A DNA stretch of 63,857 nucleotides, the filler included, from Hyphochytrium catenoides (taxonomy: Eukaryota > Protista > Hyphochytriomycota): NCBI GenBank assembly GCA_900088475.1. It is 4 parts of 4 records of this genome, joined end to end, with 100 filler letters (N's around TTAATTAATTAA, not from the genome) between each part and the next. Parts side by side here need not be neighbours in the genome. Positions count along the whole stretch, not along the records: positions 1 to 26,932 come from FLMG01002185.1; positions 27,033 to 55,548 come from FLMG01004300.1; 2 more parts are not named here. One strand, 5' to 3'. The notes under the pieces are model-generated. The model was not told the DNA's origin. It was given only the letters and a program-made list of their open reading frames with translations, and did not search any database. Both the position numbers and the translations under genes were made by a program. Shown piece after piece: positions 25,601-36,477 of the stretch. Positions within the stretch are counted from its first letter, which is position 1. Each line of letters begins with the position of its first letter.

Positions 25601-26932
25601 CACTGGAACTAGGTAGTAGGGCACTTCTTCATATTCACTGCGCTTATACTACCTGTACTGCTTACATGCCAAGCTGCTCAAGACCACGCCATCATCCATC
25701 GAGACCTCCTCTATGAGGAGGTACTAGGTAGGTTTTAGTCTTCATGCTGCAGACACCACCATGGATTTAGAGATACAATCTCACCCGATAGAACAGCTTC
25801 TTCAAGCTCAAGAAGGAACTACTGGCCCAACGATTGCAAGAAGGACATTGCCGACGACGAAGGCAATGTCTAGCTGAGGATTAGTGAAGGCCAAGTCTCT
25901 GTGTAGGATATGATAGTATTGCTCCACCCAATCAAAACTTGGGAATTGCTCATTATTCTGCGCCCGCCGTCGTCCAAGTTTCTGTGTCTCCTCATTGAGT
26001 CGTCCATAAACGTAGCTCTGAACTACTGTTGTACCTTGATCGATCGCAACTGATGTAGTATTGAGAAGGTTCTTACTCTGACCTAAAAATGTGTGAACGA
26101 GGATCAGGCAATGGCAGTTGTAAGAGGCATGAACGGGATCTTCCTTTGCCATTCTCGACGACCTTAGTAGTAACCGCTGCTCCTCTCACCACCCTGCTGA
26201 TGTATTACAGTGATGACTGTTTGTTGTTGATATTCCGTTGAGTGTTTGATTGCTACCTGAGAAGAAGTACCTGTTGTTTGTGATGATGAGAGGTCGGAAG
26301 AATTAAAGCAACCAGCAGCCGGGAACTGCTGCTGGTCTATAAAGATAACTCAACTGATCTCAACTCCCCGCCTCCCAAGCGACGAGGAGGAAATCGTGAA
26401 GAAGATTTCTCGTCTTCTTTACTGATGAAGGCCTTACTCAATCCGTACACCCAACACAACCAACAACCACTTCTCCCACGTCACCCTTGGCACTCAAGCA
26501 TGCTCCCGTACCAGTAGATTGTAGTACTGCAGTTCCTAGGGAGTTCTACTAATACTACTAAGTAAGGCCTTCAAGGAGTGCTCGTTGTCTCTTCTTCTTT
26601 TGATGATCCTTATAACCTAAACTGGAGTGCATTTATTAGTAGTAGTAGCTGATAGATCTGATCAAACTATAGTTGTTCTACAAGTACAGATAGTGCTTCC
26701 TACTTGCCGAAGACGGACTGGTGATGCAAGAAGCAGAGCCAAAGGGTGGTGGCTGGTGGTAGCAGCCACTCTATCTAGGTAAAGTCCAAAGTACAGAAGG
26801 GCTCTTCTTCCAATCGCACCCACATAGAATTCCTAGCAGTATAGGAATGGCCCAAAAGATAAAAGATGTATCTTCTTATTATTAGAGGGAATTCATGACA
26901 GGTCAAACTTTTCACAATTGAGGAATTTGGGT

Positions 26933-27032
26933 NNNNNNNNNNNNNNNNNNNNNNNNNNNNNNNNNNNNNNNNNNNNTTAATTAATTAANNNNNNNNNNNN
27001 NNNNNNNNNNNNNNNNNNNNNNNNNNNNNNNN
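26933..27032. other. Artificial assembly linker N44-TTAATTAATTAA-N44 (100 bp)
   Basis: Exactly 44 N, 12 nt with stops in all six frames, then 44 N. The identical structure recurs at 55549 and 61479. Confidence 0.97.
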
Positions 27033-27961
27033 AGAGAGAAAAGAAAAGGAGAGAGAGAGAAGAGGGGGAGAGAAGAGAGAGAGAGAGAGAAAAGAAAAGG
27101 AGAGAGAGAGGACGAGACAGGGAGGGATACAAGGAAGAAGGATACTAACGGTGACTGCGATGAGGTGCGAAAGAGTTTGAAAAAGGAAAGAAAGAGAGAG
27201 AGAGAAAGGGCGAAGGGGAGACAGTGAGAGAGAGAATTTACGGGGTTGGGTGGAATTGGAGAAGAGGAAGAGGAGAGCCGGCATGGAGGTGGGTCTAACG
27301 AAGCGGGAGGAGGGTAGATAGAGGATGAGCACCTGCATTTGCGGTGTTGATCCTCCGCATGCTCCCTAGATAATGACAATTGAAAGTACTTGACAGAGGG
27401 CAGATGGACGAGAGACGATAAGGAGCTGGGACACTAAAAAGAGGGAGAAGAAAGGGGAGAAGAAGGAAAGAGAGGGAGAGAGAGGAAGAGAAGGCGAGTG
27501 AGGGACAGAAAGGGAGAGAGAGAGAGTCTGTGTGGCTTTCTCGTCTGCAGCGTTCCCCTTTCCTCTCTTGCTTCTTCCTCACTTGGCGGCTTTCCAGTCT
27601 CTCCCATTCCGTCGTCCCTATCTTCATTAGGTGACTTTCTTTCCAAGTCAAGAAGTACATATCTTAGTAGGCTTTCCGTCCCGCTGGGCACTAGCGAATA
27701 GTCTAACTGGAAGAAAGAAGAGACAAACACATTTGACTCTGTCTTTGTATCTCTTTCCTTTCCATCTTTTTTGAAGCGTGAACCTCCATGATAAGCCAAA
27801 AGAAGCGCCATCAAATATAAAGAATAGTCTGCCACGCCTATGATTAGCGATCGTTAGCCTCACAAGGATAGAAGAGAGAGCAGAGAACAAAGTATCAGAG
27901 AGAGAAAAGACAGCGCAGACCATCCATAGAGAGACATTCTAAAGAGCAGTCAGCGACAGCC

Positions 27962-29119
27962 ATGGTTGACGTTCTGCAGACGAGCGACAATGGCGCTGCT
28001 GCTAGACAAACGGCGTCTCGGCCTGCTCTCCCGCTTCTGTGTCTCTCCCTCCAACGACTTCAGAAGGATGAGGCGCTTCCTTACTACGGACTGGCCACAC
28101 CAACAGCAGTGGTCGTGGCGGAAAGAGTATCAGATCATTCTATTGGGGAAGAAGAAGCAGAAGAGACATCGAAGGACAGAGGTGGAGGAGCACCGAGAGA
28201 CAATAGAGAGAATGGACGAACAGAAGAAGAAGAGGACCCGACAAACTATCTGACCATCCCAAGCGGTCTAGCAACCAACGAGCCCTTTAGGAACATCTTC
28301 ACCAGTGGGACTTTTCTGGAGCGTTCTCTCTCTTTGTTTGTCTTCCTCGTTGCAGCGTTTATCATTGTTCTCTCTCTCTCTCACCAGCCAGATGGCTTGA
28401 CGAAGAAGAAGGCCTTTATATCGAATGACATCAAGGCGATGAGTGGGGAACAGTGGCACGTTGTCCTCCTCGTGCACGTTCTCTCCTCCTGCGTGATGCT
28501 TCTCTCTCTTCCAGTGCTGATTATCCCTTACTTCTTGAAGAAGCAGCGCTCGTGGTTTGACTACTGCTTCTGGACCTACGTCATCAGTGCCCTGCCAGGG
28601 ATAATTACCTGTCTTCCTCTCTCTCTCGTGGCTCAACCTCATGACTTTGCCACTATCACTGCGTACTTCATCGGTACTCTTTTCTGGATCGTCCCACTCC
28701 CGTTCATTGTCTGGTACAGAGCCTTCAAGCCCAACCAGCAACAGCTGTACATCTGGCTGCTGCGGCAATTTGTCTTTACCTGGGCCTTCCCGGTGATGAA
28801 GAACTTGCTCATCCATGCAGCTCTGTTCGCTCAAGAGGATGAGGTAGATGGCAGGTTCCGCGGAGTAGAGGAGATGTATGGGACGACGGTCTGGATAACG
28901 AACTTCTTAGTGATTATATTAGGGGAATGGCTGCTGATTCCTCTCTTTGTGTCTCGGTATCTTAACCCTAGAAAGAGGGGAAAGCGGGAAAGCCGGGAAC
29001 AAGCTCTCGACAGCCTTCAGTCGGTGCCGTCCCTGCGTAAACCAGGTTCATCAGAAGACGTATTTACTGCTAAGCAGCGTATGGGCTTTCAAGGTCATAG
29101 GCCCTTTCATAAGCGTTAA
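27962..29119 (+). CDS. Multi-pass membrane protein, divergent DUF2306-like (paralog 1), intronless, 385 aa
   Basis: About 6 hydrophobic segments. The pattern LVHVLSSCVMLL..IPYFLKKQ..FWTYV..FIGTLFW..LYIWLLRQFVFTWAFPVMK..MYGTTVW..ILGEW follows the DUF2306 layout. Clear paralog at 31804. Confidence 0.85.
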   Translation: MVDVLQTSDNGAAARQTASRPALPLLCLSLQRLQKDEALPYYGLATPTAVVVAERVSDHSIGEEEAEETSKDRGGGAPRDNRENGRTEEEEDPTNYLTIPSGLATNEPFRNIFTSGTFLERSLSLFVFLVAAFIIVLSLSHQPDGLTKKKAFISNDIKAMSGEQWHVVLLVHVLSSCVMLLSLPVLIIPYFLKKQRSWFDYCFWTYVISALPGIITCLPLSLVAQPHDFATITAYFIGTLFWIVPLPFIVWYRAFKPNQQQLYIWLLRQFVFTWAFPVMKNLLIHAALFAQEDEVDGRFRGVEEMYGTTVWITNFLVIILGEWLLIPLFVSRYLNPRKRGKRESREQALDSLQSVPSLRKPGSSEDVFTAKQRMGFQGHRPFHKR

Positions 29120-30043
29120 AGAGCATGTCATTAGCACATGCCATAATTTTTCTCTACTCACCTTACATTTTCTCATCGTCAATGTCACTCGCCTCTTAGA
29201 CTGAGTAGGAGAGAAGAGAGAAAGAAGAAGAACGTGAGAGTAGAGTGCCTTTAATCACTACTGGTGGGAAAGGAGGAGAGCGACGATAAATTAAGACACA
29301 GTGACATGATCATTCGCAGATGAGGAGAAGACACCCTTCATATGTTGAGAAGAGCAGATCTCCAGAGTCGACGGAAGAGGGAAAGATTCAAGCTGGATGG
29401 ATGTGTCTCTTGACAATCTTCTCCGTCGTATGCCTTCCCAGGGCCTTTCCCAGGCGCGATACGAGAGCGTCTTCCATTGCAATCCGCGCAGGCCGCACTA
29501 CATGCTTTGACCACTGCCGCCTGTCTGCAATGTCATTACAGCGCCATCAAAGAACGATGAGTCCCTTGGGCAGGCATTTATTTATTTGTGTCTAAGACTT
29601 AAGTCTCGGAACCGCCTTCTTCCCGCAGGCGTCTCGCTCTCTTCTCCAAGCTCATAGCGTCTTTGACTGGTACGTCGCGTCTACTTACGTTTACCTCCTC
29701 CTCTACCTCTTCGGTCGATTGATGGCTTCTCTTCGTCGTCGTCCTTCAACCTATGCGCTTCTCTTCGACTCTCTAGCATATCCTACGCCCGCTCTAGATC
29801 TAGAGCTCTTCTCCACACCGCTCCTTTCCTACTCACTCTTCCTCCCTCCTCTAACCACTTGCACTGTCTTGCACTGCCCTCTCTCTCTCAGACAGAAGAA
29901 GGTCCATCATGTCTTTTGAGGACGAATCTCATCTTAGGGTTAGGACCAGGAAAAGGGAAAGGCGTATCTTTCTCATCTCTATAGAGTAACGGACGGATAT
30001 AACGGCAAGGCTACCGGCTATTTATCAAGGGCAGTTGGATCAG

Positions 30044-30078
30044 CCAATCAAAAATGAGCATTAGACAGACGAACCAAT
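30044..30078 (+). promoter_or_regulatory. Tandem CCAAT boxes 30 bp apart
   Basis: AGCCAATCA (CCAAT 30044-48) and AACCAATCA (30074-78), NF-Y consensus with about three helical turns of spacing, 1.7 kb upstream of the 31804 ATG. Confidence 0.45.
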
Positions 30079-31094
30079 CATAACTCGTTGCTACTGTGGA
30101 CCCCGCAAACCGAAAAAGGAAAAATGCGGAGTTGGGATGTGTTATTCTGTTTGTTTGGTTCTTTCTGATGGCAATATGCAGTATACTTGAGGTTGGCCAA
30201 GAGGTATTACCACTTCACGGGGTCCCGAATTGTGGTCTGCTGGATTTTTGTCTACTCTCCCATTCTGTCTCTATGGAATCGCTGCCTCTCTGGCTCTTTC
30301 TTCTCCTGTCTCTATGCCCGCCCTCTGTCTCCGTGAATAAATATATCTTGAGCCTCTATGCCCCCTCTCTGTCTATGCCCTGACACCATTCGTCTACAGT
30401 ATCTAAGTAATGGTCTTTGTCTCAATAAAGTACGGTGAGGTTAGTCTTTACGCATATCTAACTCTGACTCTGTCTCGGTTGAACTAGCCAGTTTCCGACT
30501 GTCTCTCTCTTGGGTCTCATTTCCCTCTTGCTCTATATTTTCACCTTTCTCCTCTCCTCTCCTCTGCCTTTAGTCGGCAGTCCACTCTGTCTCGTCCTGC
30601 CTTTTAGTGCAGGGTTGCAATACCAAAGAAAGGAAGGAGAAGGTAAGAAGCGCCAGCACTGACATATCTTTCCGCCCCTCTCCCAAGAATTACGCATAGA
30701 ATCAATAAACAGCATTCTTAAGAAGTTATATATAATGGCATTATCAGTATTGGTTTATATAGCCTTTTAATATTAGCCAAGCCAACCGAAGCAGTTCTAC
30801 GCTTGTCGCATTACTGTCGCAAAGGGCATTCTTAGGGCTTTGGAGGTGTTGGATGGACATTCATCTTCTGCAGTTGCTAAACCCCAAGGAAAAGTGATGG
30901 GGAAAGAGCCAAAAGCAGAAAAAGCAGAGCAGAGCAGAGAGGCATGTGAACGAGGAGAAAGAGAAGGAGAGAGATACAGGCATACAGGGGATAGACTATG
31001 GAGACGAGAAAGACAGAGTTAGCGAGACATAGCAAGGGTGAAAGGACAGCAAGGGACACACGAGCAAAAAGGATCTATAGGAAGAGCAGGGACT

Positions 31095-31109
31095 GCAGAG
31101 AGAGAGTGC

Positions 31110-31140
<31 letters not shown>

Positions 31141-31194
31141 TGTGAGAGAGAGAGGAGGAGGGAGAGAGAGAGGGAGAGAGAGAGAGAGGGAAAG

Positions 31195-31225
<31 letters not shown>

Positions 31226-31312
31226 GAGAGAGAGAACTCACGAGAGCGAGAGAACGCGCGCGCGAGAGAGAGAGAGAGAGAAGGAGAGAAAGAGAGAAAG
31301 AGAGAGAAGAGA
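31095..31312. repeat. (GA)n microsatellite / polypurine tract
   Basis: Direct reading of GA runs. Confidence 0.9.
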
Positions 31313-31803
31313 AATCCTTGTGAAGAAAGATGAGAGAGGTAGAGCAGAATAGCAGGCCCTCAAACAGCAGCTGCATCGCACGAATAGAGCCTGACACAAG
31401 GCAATATAGAAGGAGAAGGAAAACCTCGTCTGCGCGGCCAAAAGAGAATTTGGCTCTGCCCACATCGCGCAGTCGCTGACCTCCCAACCACCTACCTCTG
31501 TTTGTCAATAGTAGAGCTATTGCCCGCATCATCGGCAGTTCCGCGAAGGATTAGTTGCTCAACAAACGAAAGTGAGTGCAGTCGACAGTCGAAGACAGGT
31601 CATACCCCCAGGAAGAGAGAATATATCGAACTCTCTCTTTTGTCAGTCAATCTTCGTCGCTCATGTACGACCATTGCCCGAGGGCAAGTGTTGGCATACC
31701 GAGTTACTATCAATTGGTTCCTCAACAACTCCAGTCTGACTGAGATAGTTCAGAAACCACCGAGGAAGGAGAGAAACAACAGCCCAAGCTTCGAGTCTAA
31801 GCA

Positions 31804-32910
31804 ATGGCTACGAGGGTCACAACGAGCATGATCACTAGCGGTGCATTCCCTGGAGTGGCTGCAGCTGACGGTCGAAGACAGGCGAACGAGGATTTAGAAA
31901 TGATTGACTTTGAAGACGATGGAAGAGACCCAACGGGTTACGCAGCTCACAGTGGTGGAGGAGGAGGAGCCTTGGAGCTTGGAAGAGGAGGAAGGACTGG
32001 ACTTGTGCCTGCACCTCCCATACAGCGTGCACAGTCAGAGAGAGAGAGAAGAGAGAAGGTGGATGAGAAATACGTCGACTATCTTCGCATCCCTCGTTCT
32101 CTCGCGACCAACGAGCCCATCACGCACATCTTTAGAGCTGGTTCATGGTGGGAGCAGACGCTTTGTGCCATTGTCTTCCTTGCGGGAGGGCTGTACCTAG
32201 TCATTGCTCTTACAAACCCATTCATTGGCTGGCTGAACACTGGGAAGAAGTTTATCAAAAAAGGGATTGAGGAGGAAGGTGCAGGATGGTATGCACTGCT
32301 CATTATTCATATCGTCTTCTCCTGCCTGATGCTCCTATGCATCCCGGTATTGGTCATCCCTTACTTCTTGAGACGACAACGGTGGTGGTTTGACCTTTGT
32401 TATTGGATCTATGTGGTCACCGCAGTACCGGGCATCGGCGTTTGCATTCCTCTCTCCTTTATCTCAACGCCCAGGGACTTTGCGACCATCACTGCGTATT
32501 TTATCGGCACTCTCTTCTGGTTCGCGTCTCTCCCTTTGGTGGTCTGGTATAGAGTCTTCAGACCCAATCAACGGCAGCTGTACATCTGGCTTCTGAGGCA
32601 GTTTGCTTTCACGTGGAGCTTCCCTGTGTTGAAGAACTTCATTGTACAGGTCATTCTTTTCAAAGGGACGAGCTTGACGAAAGAAGAAATGTATGGTGCT
32701 TCCATCTGGATGGTCAACTTCCTGGTGGTGGTGTTAGGCGAATGGTTACTCATACCTTGGTTTGTCAATAAGTACACGGCGGAGACCTCTGAGGAAGATG
32801 ATCCCCTAGAGGATAGCCGGCCCTTTCGTCAACAGGAGCAGCAGGAGACAGCAGCCAAACAGTGGCCAGCCCAGCAACCAGCCGGTAATTTTCGTGCCGA
32901 ACGCATCTAA
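31804..32910 (+). CDS. Multi-pass membrane protein, divergent DUF2306-like (paralog 2), 368 aa; possible spliced extension to 33238
   Basis: Shares YL.IP..LATNEP, IPYFL, DFATITAYFIGTLFW, PNQ.QLYIWLLRQF.FTW.FPV.KN, EMYG and LGEWLLIP.FV with 27962..29119. Confidence 0.87.
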   Translation: MATRVTTSMITSGAFPGVAAADGRRQANEDLEMIDFEDDGRDPTGYAAHSGGGGGALELGRGGRTGLVPAPPIQRAQSERERREKVDEKYVDYLRIPRSLATNEPITHIFRAGSWWEQTLCAIVFLAGGLYLVIALTNPFIGWLNTGKKFIKKGIEEEGAGWYALLIIHIVFSCLMLLCIPVLVIPYFLRRQRWWFDLCYWIYVVTAVPGIGVCIPLSFISTPRDFATITAYFIGTLFWFASLPLVVWYRVFRPNQRQLYIWLLRQFAFTWSFPVLKNFIVQVILFKGTSLTKEEMYGASIWMVNFLVVVLGEWLLIPWFVNKYTAETSEEDDPLEDSRPFRQQEQQETAAKQWPAQQPAGNFRAERI

Positions 32911-34655
32911 GAGTGATACACAAAGAGATTGGGACGAACGCGGTGGACTAAGAGATGCACGAAGATTGGCAGAGTTGAGTGTGAGAAGTGAGGACAACAG
33001 CCTGCTGGATCGCTGGACAAACCATATGGCCTGGCAAGCTCTGAAGCGGCAATGGACAGCTCGGAGTCCAGGTAGAAGCAGCAGGAGTAGCAGTTCATTC
33101 ATGCGCTCGCCATCTCCTCAGCAGGAGAGAGGAGGAAAGGATGATGATATAACAGACCATCGGCCAAAGTGGTCTGACTCGTCCTCTTCTTCTTACCGTG
33201 GAGCCACCTCATCTGGCCGTTCTGTGTGGAAGATGTAGACCGAAGAAGGGGCAGACTAGTCTGTACTATCAGGCTCAAATTTCTAAAAAAGCAGATAATA
33301 TCAGGGTAGGAAGAAAAGTCCAATCCTTAACACAAGCTCTGTGCTTACATCTAGACAGTTATGTATATGGAGCTAATAGAGAAAGAAACGTCTAATACAA
33401 CCCGTGAGGAGTAAATCTCAAGCTATCCTAGTCCCTTGGCACAGGCCTTCACATCCGTCAAAAACTGCAGTGTAATGTCGGCTTGCCTGCTGTAGAAGAA
33501 AATCTTCCATCTGAGACAACTCAAATCCCTCTGCTCTGAAACTCGTTTTGCAGATTTGATTATGAAGACAGAACGACATCAAATGTCATCTTCCATCATC
33601 ATCACCATCAATCTGTTAAGAACTCTTTGATCTATAATGTATACCTTCTGTTCGGAGGAACAGCTTGTTGGTGATCGGCCAGATGAATGATCATTTGAAC
33701 TTTAGACGTGTTTTGCACGTTTAAGAGTCTCTGTAGATCGGTTCGGGCGTGATGTCTACACGCCATAACACCAGCTTCGTATAAAGGAGACGTGTGTACA
33801 TTGAAAGCTTCGTTATACTAATCTTCATCTTTTCTTATGATAACGTTCTTCGATAAAAATCTGCAAAAAGAATCATAAAGAAAGAGGAGGAGAAGCCCCA
33901 CATTGCCCTGTAGTCGTTGTACACAGCTGTTAGTACCACCGTCGTCCTAGCAAATGTCATTTGTCATTTGCCACCCTACTAGTAATCAGAACGCTTGATT
34001 ACTAGTTTACAGTAGCTGAGATTCTTCCTTAATGATTTGGCGGGCGGGCCGGCGTGATCTGAAGAAGATATTTCTTCATTTCTTGGTCTTGGTGATCCTC
34101 CTTGAGTCTCTTTGACCCTTCTGCTTTCTGCTCCTTTCCCTTCGCGGCCATCATAGAGAGACGGACATGCTGCTGCTGCTGCTGAGATGAGCACAAGAGC
34201 ACATGATGGGTGTAGTTGCTATTGATATAGTACCTTGGACAGAAAAGAGAAAGCTCTCAGTCCCCCCGCTAAGGGTAGGAGGAAAGGATCTGGGCAAAGA
34301 TCTCGGCCACAATAGATTAAGGACAAGCACCTATTCTCACGAAGGGGTGTAAATTGGAAGTCAGGCTGCCAACAGGTGCTCTCAAGCTTGATGAGGTCAG
34401 AGCTGGCAGCGGTCAGAGCTGGCAAAGCGTTGGCGTTATCGGCGGACGGCGGAGGCAGAGCACTCTCCTAGATCTACGTGTAGAGTCAACGCTCTGAGAA
34501 AGGCGAACCTATCTTATTCTACGAATTCTGTGCTTTTGGTTGGCTCATCCTTACCAGCCGTGCCCACGGCCTGGCCTAGGCTCTCGAGCTTCACCGGAAG
34601 CAGTTCGAGGCCCTTATAGAAACGTCCGCACAACCTGTTTAACCTAAAAGGAAGG

Positions 34656-36477
34656 ATGGATGACAAAGCACGGGCCGCTTCTTCTTCCCCTTCCTCACCC
34701 TCGCGGTCCAAGCTGAAGAGACAAGGAGAAGTTGACGGCACTCATTCCCAGCCTTCCACATTACGCGTCAAAGTTTACAAAGTTAGCGAAGGCCAGACAG
34801 ATGGCAAAGCACCTACAGAAGCTTCAAACAGCCAGAACGTAGAGCTCTCGTCAACACCGAGGAGCCCCATTGTGAGTATACCATTGACGCCCACAGCTTC
34901 CGCAGCCACGCCTAGGCAGGTTCGAATGCCTTTTCGCGTGGTGGCTCCAAACTCCTTTGAGCCTGAGAACCACTTCTACCCTCGGACCCTTAACTCCCAG
35001 ATCCATCCCACAGTGAGGTACTTTATGGGCCTGAGCAAAGAGAGGATCGCCAAGAGATTTTGTCACAATCACCCAGAAGTGGACCCAGCGGTGCTTAGTG
35101 AAGCGCTGGCCTACCAGCCCAAGTACATGCTCTGGGCCGGTTGTGACCTTATGCATACCACCAGCGATCTAGGCAGACGTGATATGGTGGTTATAGAGAC
35201 AAACACCTGCGCCTCGGGCCAGAAGAGCATGCCACTCTTTGAAGAAATGGAAGAAGAGGGCGGATATAAGCTCCTCTTAGAGAGGACCTTCCTCCCTATC
35301 CTGCGGAAGAAGGAAGCTGAGGGAGTACTTCCCGATGGCGGGCTCGCAGTTATCTATGATAAAAATCTGATGGAAGCCTCTGGCTACGCTGCGACTCTAG
35401 CGACATTGTCTGAGGAGACTGTTTACCTTGTGCCTCTGCTAGACCATCGGTTCCTGGAAAACCCAGAATCAGAGAAAGGAGGGATGTTCATCAACGGCGT
35501 CTTGCACATTCGGGATCCTTACTCTATTGAGCCAGAGATGAGGGAATGGCGACCCATTAGGGCGGCTTTCCGCTATGTTACACAGCGGCCTTGGTGCCGT
35601 ATCCCTGTCCAGACAAGAACGCTTATAGTTAATCCTTCAATCAGCTGTCTGGCAGGAGGAAGGAACAAGATGGTGGCGGCCAAGGCGTATGATAACTACA
35701 ACGTAGAACTCCAGGCCTCTGGCTTGCGCATTCGGACGCCGCTAACCATCAGGGATGTACGCTTTGAGGCCATTCCTGAGTGGGTTCGAAGACTTGGAGG
35801 GCATGCCGTAGTAAAGGTTCCCTATAGCAATGCCGGACAAGGAGTGTACACCATAACGAACGACAGAGAGCTCAATGACTTCATAGAGAAAGAGAAAGAC
35901 CAACGGTATGCATTGTTCATTGTTCAGTCTCTGATCAGTAACCACCAATGGTCGTCCAAGTCTTTTGATGGGCATGGTACGACGAGGAAGATGTACCACA
36001 CGGGCACTATCCCAGACAAGAAGGGAAACATCTATGTCGCAGANNNNNNNNNNNNNNNNNNNNNNNNNNNNNNNNNNNNNNNNNNNNNNNNNNNNNNNNN
36101 NNNNTGCCCGCAGAGCTCGTTCGCCGCTGGCTGATACCTTAACAGAGGATGGCCCTTCGTCCTGGGACATGCTGGGAACAAACCTAAGTGTGAAGAAGGG
36201 AGGCGGGCTTTTTGACACTGAGAGTGGCCGACTTCTATTGATGGACAACAAGGACTTTAACACGCTTGGCATGGCAGTAGATGATCTGGTGGACGCCTTT
36301 GTCCAGACTGTCCTGGCGGTTATTGCGATAGACAGGATGGCACAGTTTCTAGCTCCAAATGGAATCTTTGACATCTCTATGTTTCGCTCAGTGAACAATG
36401 ATCCGGCGCTGCTCGAAGAGATAAATCTGGACGGAGTTGCGGAGGCAAGAAGGAAGCAGAGCGAAAATCTCTGTTAA
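34656..36477 (+). CDS. Circularly permuted ATP-grasp family amide/peptide ligase (uncharacterised), intronless, interrupted by an N gap at 36044-36104
   Basis: About 600 aa across the gap. AGCDLMH..MVVIETNTCASG (D...ExN metal-binding strands) lies N-terminal to GGRNKMVAAKAY, AVVKVPYSNAGQGV (Lys + Gly loop), FIVQSLI and IYVAD. The C-terminal part, ARRARSPL..SWDMLGTNLS..RLLLMD.KDFN.LG, is in the post-gap frame. Confidence 0.85.

Noticed and set aside
25808-26152. AIDQGTT motif suggesting glycerol kinase
   Set aside because: The motif is mid-ORF without the following S.R or any other FGGY motif.
22700-26930. TAG/TAA reassigned to Gln (alternative genetic code) to explain broken frames
   Set aside because: Conserved genes here end at the expected positions with TAG (ADI1 copy 1, Hsp33) or TAA (AN1, UBA2) and contain no in-frame TAR.
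26977-26988. TTAATTAATTAA palindrome recurring three times (also 55593 and 61523) as a biological repeat or piggyBac TTAA site
   Set aside because: It is always flanked by exactly 44 N on each side, so it is a synthetic scaffolding linker. Adjacency across linkers should be treated with caution.
36044-36104. Apparent frameshift in the ATP-grasp gene
   Set aside because: It falls within an N gap of estimated length, so it is not evidence of pseudogenisation or recoding.
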